Source: Methylorubrum extorquens
Lineage (GTDB): Bacteria; Pseudomonadota; Alphaproteobacteria; Rhizobiales; Beijerinckiaceae
Assembly: GCA_900234795.1 (NCBI GenBank)
Contig: LT962688.1
Coordinates: 4,200,001 to 4,232,000, forward strand
Direction: 5' to 3'
DNA: 32,000 nucleotides
The position numbers were made by a program, and so were the translations under genes. Shown piece by piece: positions 24,487 through 32,000 of this stretch (its first letter is position 1; every line of letters starts with the position of its first letter). The notes under the pieces are model-generated. The model searched no databases and had not been told where the DNA came from. It saw only the letters and a program-made list of their open reading frames with translations.

Positions 24487-25111
24487 ATGCCCGCCGCCAC
24501 GGCTCAGATTCTTCCGTCGTCCAGCGAAGCCGCGCCGACGACGCGTGACCGGATCGTGGAGGCGGCGGCCCGGTCGTTCCAAGACATCGGCTATCAGAAG
24601 ACCACGGTCGCCGACATCGCCCGCACCCTCAAGATGAGTCCGGCCAACGTCTATCGCTTCTTCGAATCGAAGAAGGCGATCAACGAGGCGGTGGTCGAGC
24701 AGGTGACCGCTGAGATCGAGGCGATGATCGTCGCGATCGCCGATGCGCCGAAGCTCGACGCGCCCGAGCGGCTCACCCGGATCGTCACCGCGCTCCACGA
24801 CGATTGCCGCCGCCGCTTCGAGGCGCATCCGCGCGTCCACGAAATGGTCGAGGCGGCGATGAGCGAGAGCTGGGGCGTCTGCCAAGCGCATCTCGATCGC
24901 ATCGGCGCGGTGCTGGCGCGGGTGGTGGCCGACGGCGTGCGTGAGGGTGTTTTCACCGTCGCCGATCCGAAGAGCGCGGCGGCCTGCCTCCAGGCCGGGA
25001 TCACCCGCTACTGCCACCCGATGCTGGTGGGGCGCCAACCCAACACGATCCAGCCCCCCGCTACCGGTGATGATCGCTTTCCTGCTCGGCGCCCTGCGGT
25101 CGGGCGGCTGA
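24487..25111 (+). pseudogene. TetR/AcrR family transcriptional regulator, apparent 1-nt frameshift near the 3' end
   Basis: N-terminal HTH TRDRIVEAAARSFQDIGYQKTTVADIARTLKMSPANVYRFF. As sequenced, the ORF runs to 25257 and overlaps the convergent DUF1330 gene by 127 nt. Deleting one C from the C6 run at 25054-25059 gives ...QPPLPVMIAFLLGALRSGG*, stop at 25109-25111, 207 aa. Confidence 0.7.
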
Positions 25112-25130
25112 ACCCGCCCGACGCGAGGAT

Positions 25131-25475
25131 CTACTCCGACGCGGTGCCCGGCATCGGCGAGGGCTCGGAGACGACGGGCTGCGGTCCGTCATACCCTTCG
25201 ATCACCAGGATGTCGGCCTCGGCGCCGCCCTTCTGCAGGGCGCGGGCGGATTGGTAGAGGTCGGAATTCCAGCAAGCGAGGGCGTCGTCGTAGCTCGGGA
25301 ACTCGACGATGACGTTGCGCGCCCGCGCCTGCCCCGCCACGGCTTCGAAGGCGCCGCCGCGCACGAGGAAGCGCCCGCCGAACCGGGCGAAGGCGGCGCC
25401 GTTGGCGGCCGCATAGGCCTTGTAGGCCTCCGCGTCGCTCACATCGACCCGCACGATCCAGAAGCCCTTGGCCAT
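25131..25475 (-). CDS. DUF1330 domain protein
   Basis: 114 aa starting [29 protein letters not shown], with ...[21 protein letters not shown] typical of DUF1330. As sequenced it is in frame with upstream pyrF. Confidence 0.8.
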   Translation of the reverse strand: MAKGFWIVRVDVSDAEAYKAYAAANGAAFARFGGRFLVRGGAFEAVAGQARARNVIVEFPSYDDALACWNSDLYQSARALQKGGAEADILVIEGYDGPQPVVSEPSPMPGTASE

Positions 25476-25477
25476 GT

Positions 25478-26177
25478 TTAAGCGTCCTCCATCTCGGCAA
25501 CGATTCTCTGCGCGACGGCACGGGGGGTCGTCGGCTCCGGTGATCGGGCGTCCGACCACCACATGGTCGATGCCCGCCGCCCGCGCCTGCCCCGGCGTCA
25601 TCACCCGCTTCTGGTCGCCGGCCTCCGCGCCCGCCGGGCGGATGCCGGGCGTCACGATCAGCCCGGACGGGCCGATCCGGTTGCGCACCGCTCCGGCTTC
25701 GACCGCCGAGCAGACGATCCCGTCGATGCCGATCTCAGCCGCCTGCTCCGCGCGGCGCGCCACGAGTTCGGCGACGGGAAGCGCGTAGCCGGCTTCGGCC
25801 GCGTCGGCGTCATCGTAGGAGGTCAGCACGGTGACGGCGAGGATCTTCAAGCCCGGCCCCCGTCCGCGCACGGCCGCGCGCATGGTCTGCGGATAGGCGT
25901 GCACTGTCAGGAAGGTCGCGCCCAGGGCCGAGGCCGAGCGCACCCCCTCCTCGACGGTGTTGCCGATATCGTGGAGCTTGAGATCGAGAAAGGTCTTCTT
26001 GCCGCTCTTCGCCAGCCGCGCGGCGAAATCGAGCCCGCCCGCATAGGCCAGCCGGTAGCCGATCTTGTAGAAGGTCGCCGCGTCGCCGATGCGCGCGACG
26101 AGCCGCTCCGCCGTCTCCACGTCGGGCAGGTCGAGGGCGACGATCAGGCGGTCGCGAGGGTCGGCACTCTCCGGCAT
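25478..26177 (-). pseudogene. pyrF: Orotidine-5'-phosphate decarboxylase, apparent 1-nt frameshift near the 3' end
   Basis: Starts [19 protein letters not shown] and carries the [13 protein letters not shown] motif. As sequenced it reads through into DUF1330 (track ORF 25131..26354). Deleting one G from the plus-strand G6 run at 25522-25527 gives the C-terminus [18 protein letters not shown], with TAA at 25478-25480, 2 nt before the DUF1330 ATG. Confidence 0.85.
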
Positions 26178-26501
26178 CGGGCTCTCGTTACGTGGATGGA
26201 AGCGCGCCGGCAGCGATCCTCCCAAGGAGGGCCGCCTGTCAACGCCGTATCTCTTGTGGGGCGAGACGCCGCTGCAACCGTTGCGCGATGCCGTCGCCGT
26301 GAAATTCAGGCGGTGTGGCGGATTAAATATCCTTCTTTCTCGTGGATTGGACATGAGAGATTGTTCTCTAATTTTCTGTGTCTATGCACGATGAACTCCT
26401 CTCGAATCCTGGAAAATTGGCATACTTTCCTGTTTTAACGCCAAGCTCTTACGAACATAATCCCGAACAATCCGACAAAAATTGAATATCGAGGGGTTCC
26501 T

Positions 26502-28029
26502 GTGTTCGGTAAGTTCGAGGCTAGCCTGCAACGGTCTGACAGATCCGATATTTTCGGAAGACGCGGCCAGGTGTTTCACGCGGGACGACAGTCCAGGCCT
26601 CGGCCCGTGACAGGCCTGGTCCGTCTCGCGGCGGCTCTGGGCAGCTTGATTCCGGTGGCGGCCTCCGCGCAGGTCGCGCCGGGCCAGACGCTGCAGCAGA
26701 AGCCGTACTTCGCCCTCTACGAGGCCCTGGGCAAGCCCGAGAACTGGAAGATCCAGGGCAGCTTCCGGCCGCGGGCCGAAGGGCTCGGCGGGCAGTTCCG
26801 CCCCGGCCCCGCGCCGGCCACCAACGATCTGTTTTCGATGCAAACCACTTTGTTTGCCGAGTACGACAGCGGCCCGGTCCGGTTCGGCGGCGAGATCTTC
26901 GACAGCCGGGCCTATTTCCAGCGCCGGAACTCGAACTCCATCGCCACCACCGAGGTGAACGCGTTCGAGCTCGGCCAGGCCTATCTCGGCTTCGACATGG
27001 CGGATGTCGCGGGCCTCGGCACCGTGAGCACGCTCACCGTCGGGCGCTTCACGCAGAATGTCGGCTCGCGCCGCCTGATCGCCCGCAACCAGTTCCGCAA
27101 CACCATCAACGCCTTCACCGGCATCGCCTACGATTGGGAGAATGCGGCCAAGGACCGGCTGCGCCTGTTCTACACCCTGCCGCATTACCGCCTGCCCGAC
27201 GACCGCGCCGGCATCCTCAGCAACAGCGTCGAATGGGATCACGAGGGCCTCGACACCCAGCTCTTCGGCGGCATCTTCACCAAGGCGGGCGTGCTCGGCG
27301 GCATCCTGGAGGCCTACGGCTACGGGCTGCTCGAACGCGATTCCGGCTCGCAGCTCGAAGGCATCCAGACCCGCGACCGGCGTCTCTTCACGCCGGGCTT
27401 CCGGCTCTACCGCGTGCCCAAGCCGGGGCAGTTCGATCACGAACTCGAAATGGTCGGTCAGCTCGGCGTCGCGCGCAACACCGCCGCCATCACCGACGTG
27501 ACCGACGTGCCCGTGTCGGCCTACTTCGTGCACGCCGAGGCCGGCTACACCTTCAAGACCGCCTGGGCGCCCCGGATCTCGCTCCACTACGACCACGCCA
27601 GCGGCGACAGCGCCAACCCCAACAGCTACACCCGCTTCGACACACTCTACGGCGCGCGGCGCTTCGATTACGGCCCGACGAGCCTCTACGGCGCCGTTCA
27701 GCGGGCGAACCTGATCTCGCCGGGCATTCGGTTCGAGGTCGCGCCGGACCCCGATTGGGACGCCTTCATCGACTACCGCAGCCTCTGGCTCGAAAACCCG
27801 ACCGACAGCTTCGCCGCCACCGGAGTGCGCGACCGGACCGGCCGCTCCGGCAGCTTCGCCGGCCACCAGATCGAGGGGGCGGGTGCGCTACTGGCTGGTG
27901 CCGCGCTCGATCGTGCTCGACAGCGGCGTCGCCTACCTCCTCAAGGGCGATGTGCTGCGCAACGCGCCGAATGCGCCGAACACCGGCGACACGATCTACG
28001 GCTACATGACGACGACGTTCTTCTTCTGA
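26502..28029 (+). pseudogene. Alginate export (AlgE-like) family outer-membrane protein, apparent 1-nt frameshift near the 3' end
   Basis: Signal-like LVRLAAALGSLIPVAASAQ followed by beta-barrel-type sequence. Deleting one G from the G5 run at 27875-27879 gives IEGRVRYWLVPRSIVLDSGVAYLLKGDVLRNAPNAPNTGDTIYGYMTTTFFF*, an OMP-type C-terminal Phe, with the stop at 28027-28029. The start codon is uncertain: GTG at 26502 or internal GTGs. Confidence 0.8.
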
Positions 28030-28036
28030 GCGATCC

Positions 28037-28700
28037 TCACCCCGCCTCTCCCGCCATCACCGCGGTTACCTCGGCGCGCAGCACCGGCAGCAGCTCCGCC
28101 TCGAACCATGGATTCGTGCGGAGCCAGCCGTTGTTGCGCCAGGAGGGGGTGGGGCAGCGGCAGCACCCGCGGTCGCGCCGAGGCGTCGAGGATCGTGCGC
28201 CAGCGGGCGACCGTCTCGGTGAGGCCGCCCGGACGCGGCGCGAGATGCCAGGCTTGCGCGTATTGGCCGATCACCAGGATTAGATCGAGTTGCGGCAGCC
28301 CGGCGAGGAGGTCGGCCCGCCAGGTCGGCGCGCATTCCCGCCGCGGCGGCCGGTCGCCGCCCTTGGCGTCGAGACCGGGAAAGCAAGCGCCCATCGGCAG
28401 GATCGCCACCCGCGCCGGGTCGTAGAAGGCCACTTCGTCGAGCCCGAGCCACGCGCGCAGGCGCCGACCGGACGGATCGCTGAACGGGATGCCGCTGCGA
28501 TGCGCCCGGTTGCCCGGGGCCTGGCTCGCGATCAGCAGCCGCGCGGTGGCCGAGCCCTGCACCACCGGCCGCGGCTCGTGCGGCAGGGGCGCGCCGTAGA
28601 GGGGCGCGTCGCGGCAGAGCCGGCAGGCGCGCAGGCGGGCGGCGGTGGCTTCGAAGTTTTCAGGGGCGGCGGACATCGCCGCGGAAATGGGGTGGATCAT
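28037..28700 (-). pseudogene. Uracil-DNA glycosylase superfamily protein, apparent 1-nt frameshift near the 3' end
   Basis: Motifs LLIASQAPGNRAHRSGIPFSDPSG and LPMGACFPG. Deleting one G from the plus-strand G5 run at 28146-28150 restores LPHPSWRNNGWLRTNPWFEAELLPVLRAEVTAVMAGEAG*, the canonical HPS.RN motif, with the stop at 28037-28039. The start is the ATG at 28700 or 28676. Confidence 0.8.
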
Positions 28701-28757
28701 CCGGCGGCGCGATGCGGCACCGCGCCCGAGGCCCATCGATCCCGTCGCGATGCGATC

Positions 28758-29048
28758 TCAAAGATGGCGTTTGAAATCCATCCGCCCATGAAGGATGCGG
28801 ATGACCTCGATGCCGCCCTCGGCGCCCAGGCGGTAGAATAGGACGTGCGATCCGACAGAGAGGCGGAAATACCCCTTGCGGATCTCGTCGGCCCTTAGAC
28901 CCCGAGCCGGATCCTCCGCCAATCGGTCGAAGCCTCCAGCCAGAAGGCGGATGTAGCGGTCGGCCTGATCCGCTCCCCAGCGCTCGGCCGAATCGTCCCA
29001 GATCCGGCTGAGATCCGCGCGCGCCCTCGGCGAGAGGCGGACGCTCAT
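28758..29048 (-). CDS. parE: Type II toxin, ParE/RelE family
   Basis: 96-aa ORF with motifs ADLSRIWDD, ...[14 protein letters not shown] and [12 protein letters not shown]. Its ATG overlaps the parD stop (ATGA). Confidence 0.9.
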   Translation of the reverse strand: MSVRLSPRARADLSRIWDDSAERWGADQADRYIRLLAGGFDRLAEDPARGLRADEIRKGYFRLSVGSHVLFYRLGAEGGIEVIRILHGRMDFKRHL

Positions 29049-29293
29049 CCTCGGATCGCGCCCTCACGCTTTTCCCGGAGAAAGGTCTCCGTATCGAAGG
29101 GCTCGGGCGAGCCGCTTTCCTCCCCCTCGATCAGCGCGGCCCGGAGCGTGTTGAGGGCGGCCTCCTGCTCCTCAAGGAGACGAAGCCCGGCCCGGACCAC
29201 TTCGCTGGCGGAGCCGTAACGTCCCCCCTCGACCTGGCGGTCGATGAACTGCGCAAAGTGCTCGCCGAGCGAGACGGACGTGTTTCGCGGCAT
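29045..29293 (-). CDS. parD: Type II antitoxin, ParD family (ribbon-helix-helix)
   Basis: 82 aa starting [42 protein letters not shown]. Strong GGAGGG SD. The track ORF to 29653 is a read-through. Confidence 0.9.
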   Translation of the reverse strand: MPRNTSVSLGEHFAQFIDRQVEGGRYGSASEVVRAGLRLLEEQEAALNTLRAALIEGEESGSPEPFDTETFLREKREGAIRG

Positions 29294-29426
29294 CGATCCC
29301 TCCGGCCGGCAAGATGTACCCGATCTTGGTATTCCGCAATCCTGGCCAAACGCGTCGCGTCCGCACAAGCTTGGCACGAATCGCGCTGGCCCTACCTCAC
29401 CCTGTGCGCGCAAGTCCGGCGCGCCG

Positions 29427-30929
29427 ATGGAGGCCCGCTTGGCAGGATCGCGCGCGTCACGGCTGGGGGCGGGCGTCGGCCCGAAATATCCGCAGGTCGT
29501 CGTCCTCGTCGGCGCCACCGGCGACCTCGCCCAGCGAAAACTCCTGCCCGGCCTGTTCCACCTGTTCAGTGCCGGCTTCATCCCCGACCTGCGCATCGTC
29601 GGCGTGTCGCTGGACGATATCGGCGTCGAGGCGTTCCGCGAGCATGCGCACAAGGCGATCGATCAGTTCTTCACCCGCCATGCCGGGGACGGGGAATGGG
29701 CGGCCTTCGCCGAGCGGCTCGACTATGTATCGCTCTCGGCCGGCGCCGAGGCGCTCGCCGCGACGGTGGCCCGCGCCGAGGCGGGTCTCGCCCAGGCGCA
29801 TCCCGGCCAGGAGAGCCGGCGCCTGCACTATCTCAGCGTGCCGCCCGCCGCGGCGCTCACCGTGGTGCGCCTGCTCGCCGAGGCGGGTCTGGCCGCGGGC
29901 TCGCGCATCGTCATGGAGAAGCCGTTCGGCACCGATCTGGAGAGTGCGGTGGCGCTGAATGATCGGCTGCACGAGGTCTTCTCCGAGGACCAGATCTTCC
30001 GCATCGACCACTTCCTCGGCAAGGAGCCGGCGCAGAACATCCTGGCCTTCCGCTTCGCCAACGGCCTGTTCGAGCCGATCTGGAACCGCACCTTCATCGA
30101 CCACGTGCAGATCGACGTGCCGGAGACGCTGGGCCTCGGCACCCGCGCGGCCTTCTACGAGGCGACCGGCGCCTATCGCGACATGGTGGTGACCCACCTG
30201 TTCCAGATCCTCGGTTTCATGGCGATGGAGCCGCCGACCTCGCTCGAACCCGGCCCGATCTCGGAAGAGAAGAACAAGGTCTTCCGCTCGATGCTCCCGC
30301 TCGACCCGCGCGAGGTGGTGCGCGGGCAATATGCCGGCTACCGGGACGAGCCCGGCGTCGATCCGCAATCGGAAACCGAGACCTTCATCGCCCTCAAGTG
30401 CCGCATCGACAACTGGCGCTGGGCCGGGGTGCCGTTCTTCCTGCGCACCGGCAAGCGGCTGGCGGAGGGGCAGCGCATCATCTCGATCGCCTTCCGTGAG
30501 CCGCCCAAAAGCATGTTCCCGGTCAATTCGGGGGTCGGCGCGCAGGGGCCCGACCACCTCACCTTCGATCTCGCCGACGCTTCGAAGATGTCGCTGTCGT
30601 TCTACGGCAAGCGGCCGGGGCCGGGGATGCGGCTCGACAAGCTCTCGCTCCAGTTCAACATGAAGGATACCGGCCTGATGGGCGAAGTGCTGGAGGCCTA
30701 TGAGCGGCTGATCCTCGACGCCATGCGCGGCGACCACACCCTGTTCACCACAGCCGAGGGCATCGAGCGGCTGTGGGAGGTCTCGATGCCGTTGCTCGAA
30801 GCGCCGCCGCCGGTGCGGCTCTACGCGCCGGGCTCCTGGGGGCCGAAATCGATCCACCAGCTCGTGGCGCCGCAGGCGTGGCGCCTGCCCTTCGAACGGG
30901 AATGGCGCAACACCGACGAGCAGGGCTGA
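29427..30929 (+). CDS. zwf: Glucose-6-phosphate dehydrogenase
   Basis: 500 aa from the ATG at 29427. Motifs [18 protein letters not shown] and RIDHFLGKE. Confidence 0.95.
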   Translation: MEARLAGSRASRLGAGVGPKYPQVVVLVGATGDLAQRKLLPGLFHLFSAGFIPDLRIVGVSLDDIGVEAFREHAHKAIDQFFTRHAGDGEWAAFAERLDYVSLSAGAEALAATVARAEAGLAQAHPGQESRRLHYLSVPPAAALTVVRLLAEAGLAAGSRIVMEKPFGTDLESAVALNDRLHEVFSEDQIFRIDHFLGKEPAQNILAFRFANGLFEPIWNRTFIDHVQIDVPETLGLGTRAAFYEATGAYRDMVVTHLFQILGFMAMEPPTSLEPGPISEEKNKVFRSMLPLDPREVVRGQYAGYRDEPGVDPQSETETFIALKCRIDNWRWAGVPFFLRTGKRLAEGQRIISIAFREPPKSMFPVNSGVGAQGPDHLTFDLADASKMSLSFYGKRPGPGMRLDKLSLQFNMKDTGLMGEVLEAYERLILDAMRGDHTLFTTAEGIERLWEVSMPLLEAPPPVRLYAPGSWGPKSIHQLVAPQAWRLPFEREWRNTDEQG

Positions 30930-31124
30930 GCGCCCCGCAGGCTATGATTCGTGCCCGGCGCGGTGAACTAGAATAATTCTTAGATTAGCCTCAGATCAGC
31001 CGTCGTAAAGAGGATTGCCGGCTCAGCGAAAAGCCGGATCGCAGGAAAACTTGCTCATCGAGCCGATCTGTCTAATCTGGTTGTCCAACGATTCGACTGA
31101 CGGACATCCAGCCGCACGCGCCGC

Positions 31125-32000
31125 ATGAGCCTGACGACTGCCCAGATCCTCGATCTCGCCTCCGACGCATCGAGCCGCAAGGCCGGGCAGGATCAGGCGA
31201 AACCGCAAAAATGGGCCGGTCTCGGCCGGGCGGGCACGGTGATCTGGGGCGAGATCAAGGGCAGCGGGGCGAGCCCCTACCGCACGGTCGCGGATCTCGC
31301 CGGGCCGTCCTCGAAATGCACTTGCCCGAGCCGCAAGTTCCCCTGCAAGCACGGCCTCGGCCTGATGCTGGTCGATGCGAGCGCGCCGATCGCCGAGGCC
31401 GAGCCGCCGGACTGGGCCGCCGCCTGGATGAAGGGGCGCGAGAGCCGCGCCGCCGCGGCCGAGACCCGGGCGAAGGAACCCGCTAAGCCCGTCGACGAGC
31501 GGGCGCAGGCCAAGCGGCGTCAGGCCCGCGAGGATCGGGTCGCGGCCGCGCTCGACGAACTCGACCTGTGGCTGCGCGACCTGATGCGGCGCGGCCTCGC
31601 CGCCGCGCGAAGCGAACCTTACGCCTTCTGGGACCGCATGGCCGGGCGCCTCGTGGACGGACAGGCGCCGGGCCTCGCCCGCCGGGTGCGCGCCCTGCCG
31701 GGGCTGATCGCGGCGGCGCCTCAGGCCGGCGCGCCCCGGCCGGAAGCCGCGCTCGGCCTCGGCCTCGGCCGGCTCGCCCTGTTGCTCCGGGCCGCGCGCC
31801 GCCTCGATGCGCTGTCGCCCGAACAGGCGGCGGGCGTGCGCGCGGCGCTCGGCTACCCCGTCACCGCCGAGGAGATGGCGGCCCGGCCCGACCAGGCCGA
31901 CACCTGGGCGGTGCTGGCCCACGCGGTCGAGGAGGAGGACCGGCTGACCGCCCGTTCCGTCTGGCTCGTCGGCCGCGCCAGCGGCGCCGTGGCTCAGGTC
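31125..32000 (+). CDS. SWIM zinc-finger family protein (5' partial, continues beyond the window)
   Basis: Open frame from the ATG at 31125 to the window end (292 codons). It is absent from the ORF track because it has no stop in the window. SWIM CxCx(n)CxH motif SKCTCPSRKFPCKHGLGLML. The N-terminus MSLTTAQILDLASDASSRKAG...GSGASPYRTVADL resembles SWIM proteins of SWIM/DUF5691/MoxR-AAA/VWA loci. The minus-strand ORF 31023..31922 is its shadow. Confidence 0.75.
   Translation, partial: MSLTTAQILDLASDASSRKAGQDQAKPQKWAGLGRAGTVIWGEIKGSGASPYRTVADLAGPSSKCTCPSRKFPCKHGLGLMLVDASAPIAEAEPPDWAAAWMKGRESRAAAAETRAKEPAKPVDERAQAKRRQAREDRVAAALDELDLWLRDLMRRGLAAARSEPYAFWDRMAGRLVDGQAPGLARRVRALPGLIAAAPQAGAPRPEAALGLGLGRLALLLRAARRLDALSPEQAAGVRAALGYPVTAEEMAARPDQADTWAVLAHAVEEEDRLTARSVWLVGRASGAVAQV

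Noticed and set aside
25131-26354. The 407-aa ORF taken at face value as a single gene with a 59-aa N-terminal extension
   Set aside because: PyrF homology starts at the ATG at 26177. The linker region [17 protein letters not shown] becomes a canonical PyrF C-terminus plus a TAA stop after removing one base from a G6 run. It is therefore treated as pyrF (frameshifted) plus DUF1330, though a genuine fusion is kept open as a finding.
26382-27866. 494-aa minus-strand ORF opposite the alginate-export gene. The same applies to 29457..30857 opposite zwf, 31023..31922 opposite the SWIM gene, and 9879..11042 / 10166..11386 around uvsE.
   Set aside because: All are shadow frames of confidently identified genes on the other strand or in another frame, and none has a domain signature.
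29372-29386. Sigma-54-like TGGCAC-N5-gcGC upstream of zwf
   Set aside because: Only the GC of the -12 element matches (gcGC versus TTGC), there is no nearby enhancer-binding protein gene, and zwf is not a typical RpoN target. It also overlaps the CAAGCTTG palindrome, which explains the TGG.
1-32000. Looked for CRISPR arrays, tRNA/rRNA genes, IS elements, integrases, prophage genes and CtrA boxes (TTAA-N7-TTAA)
   Set aside because: No spaced direct repeats, no cloverleaf-like or rRNA-like segments in the short intergenic regions, no transposase or integrase-like ORFs, and no correctly spaced TTAA pairs were seen by eye.

Overview
A high-GC (about 70%) chromosomal segment, almost fully coding. 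From the protein families it looks alphaproteobacterial, probably Rhizobiales and Methylobacterium-like; that assignment is inference only. I found no rRNA, tRNA, CRISPR array, transposase or integrase.

Gene content, left to right:
- qor, then a small membrane protein behind a sigma-EcfG-type promoter.
- The conserved minus-strand block PduO-type adenosyltransferase / etfB / etfA / hbd.
- A PagL-like outer-membrane deacylase, a lipocalin-like protein and a HIG1-type twin-TM protein.
- A 910-aa TIGR02302/DUF4175 membrane protein with a Q/G-rich repeat tract.
- uvsE and pxpB-pxpC.
- An MCP-less chemosensory operon, cheA(REC hybrid)-cheW-cheY-cheB-cheR, directly preceded on the same strand by a ChpT-type histidine phosphotransferase.
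- cysQ, a beta-carbonic anhydrase and a DUF429-NUDIX pair divergent from dut.
- An orphan small ORF in a low-GC pocket that carries clustered CAAGCTTG palindromes.
- tetR, DUF1330, pyrF, an alginate-export-family porin and a UDG-family glycosylase.
- parDE and zwf.
- The 5' part of a SWIM zinc-finger protein, which runs off the window.

Most notable points:
1. The ChpT gene sits next to the che cluster, whose CheA is a REC hybrid.
2. A nearly identical C-rich leader, ACGAGTWCCCCCC-ATG, precedes both cheA and cheB.
3. Five genes between 19.9 and 28.7 kb are each broken by exactly one extra base in a G/C homopolymer. Four of the five breaks lie near the 3' end. One of them fuses pyrF in frame to DUF1330.
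4. The CAAGCTTG palindrome cluster.
5. The SWIM gene probably opens a conserved but uncharacterised SWIM/MoxR-VWA-type locus beyond the window.

Many long ORFs in the supplied track are high-GC shadow frames and were rejected.
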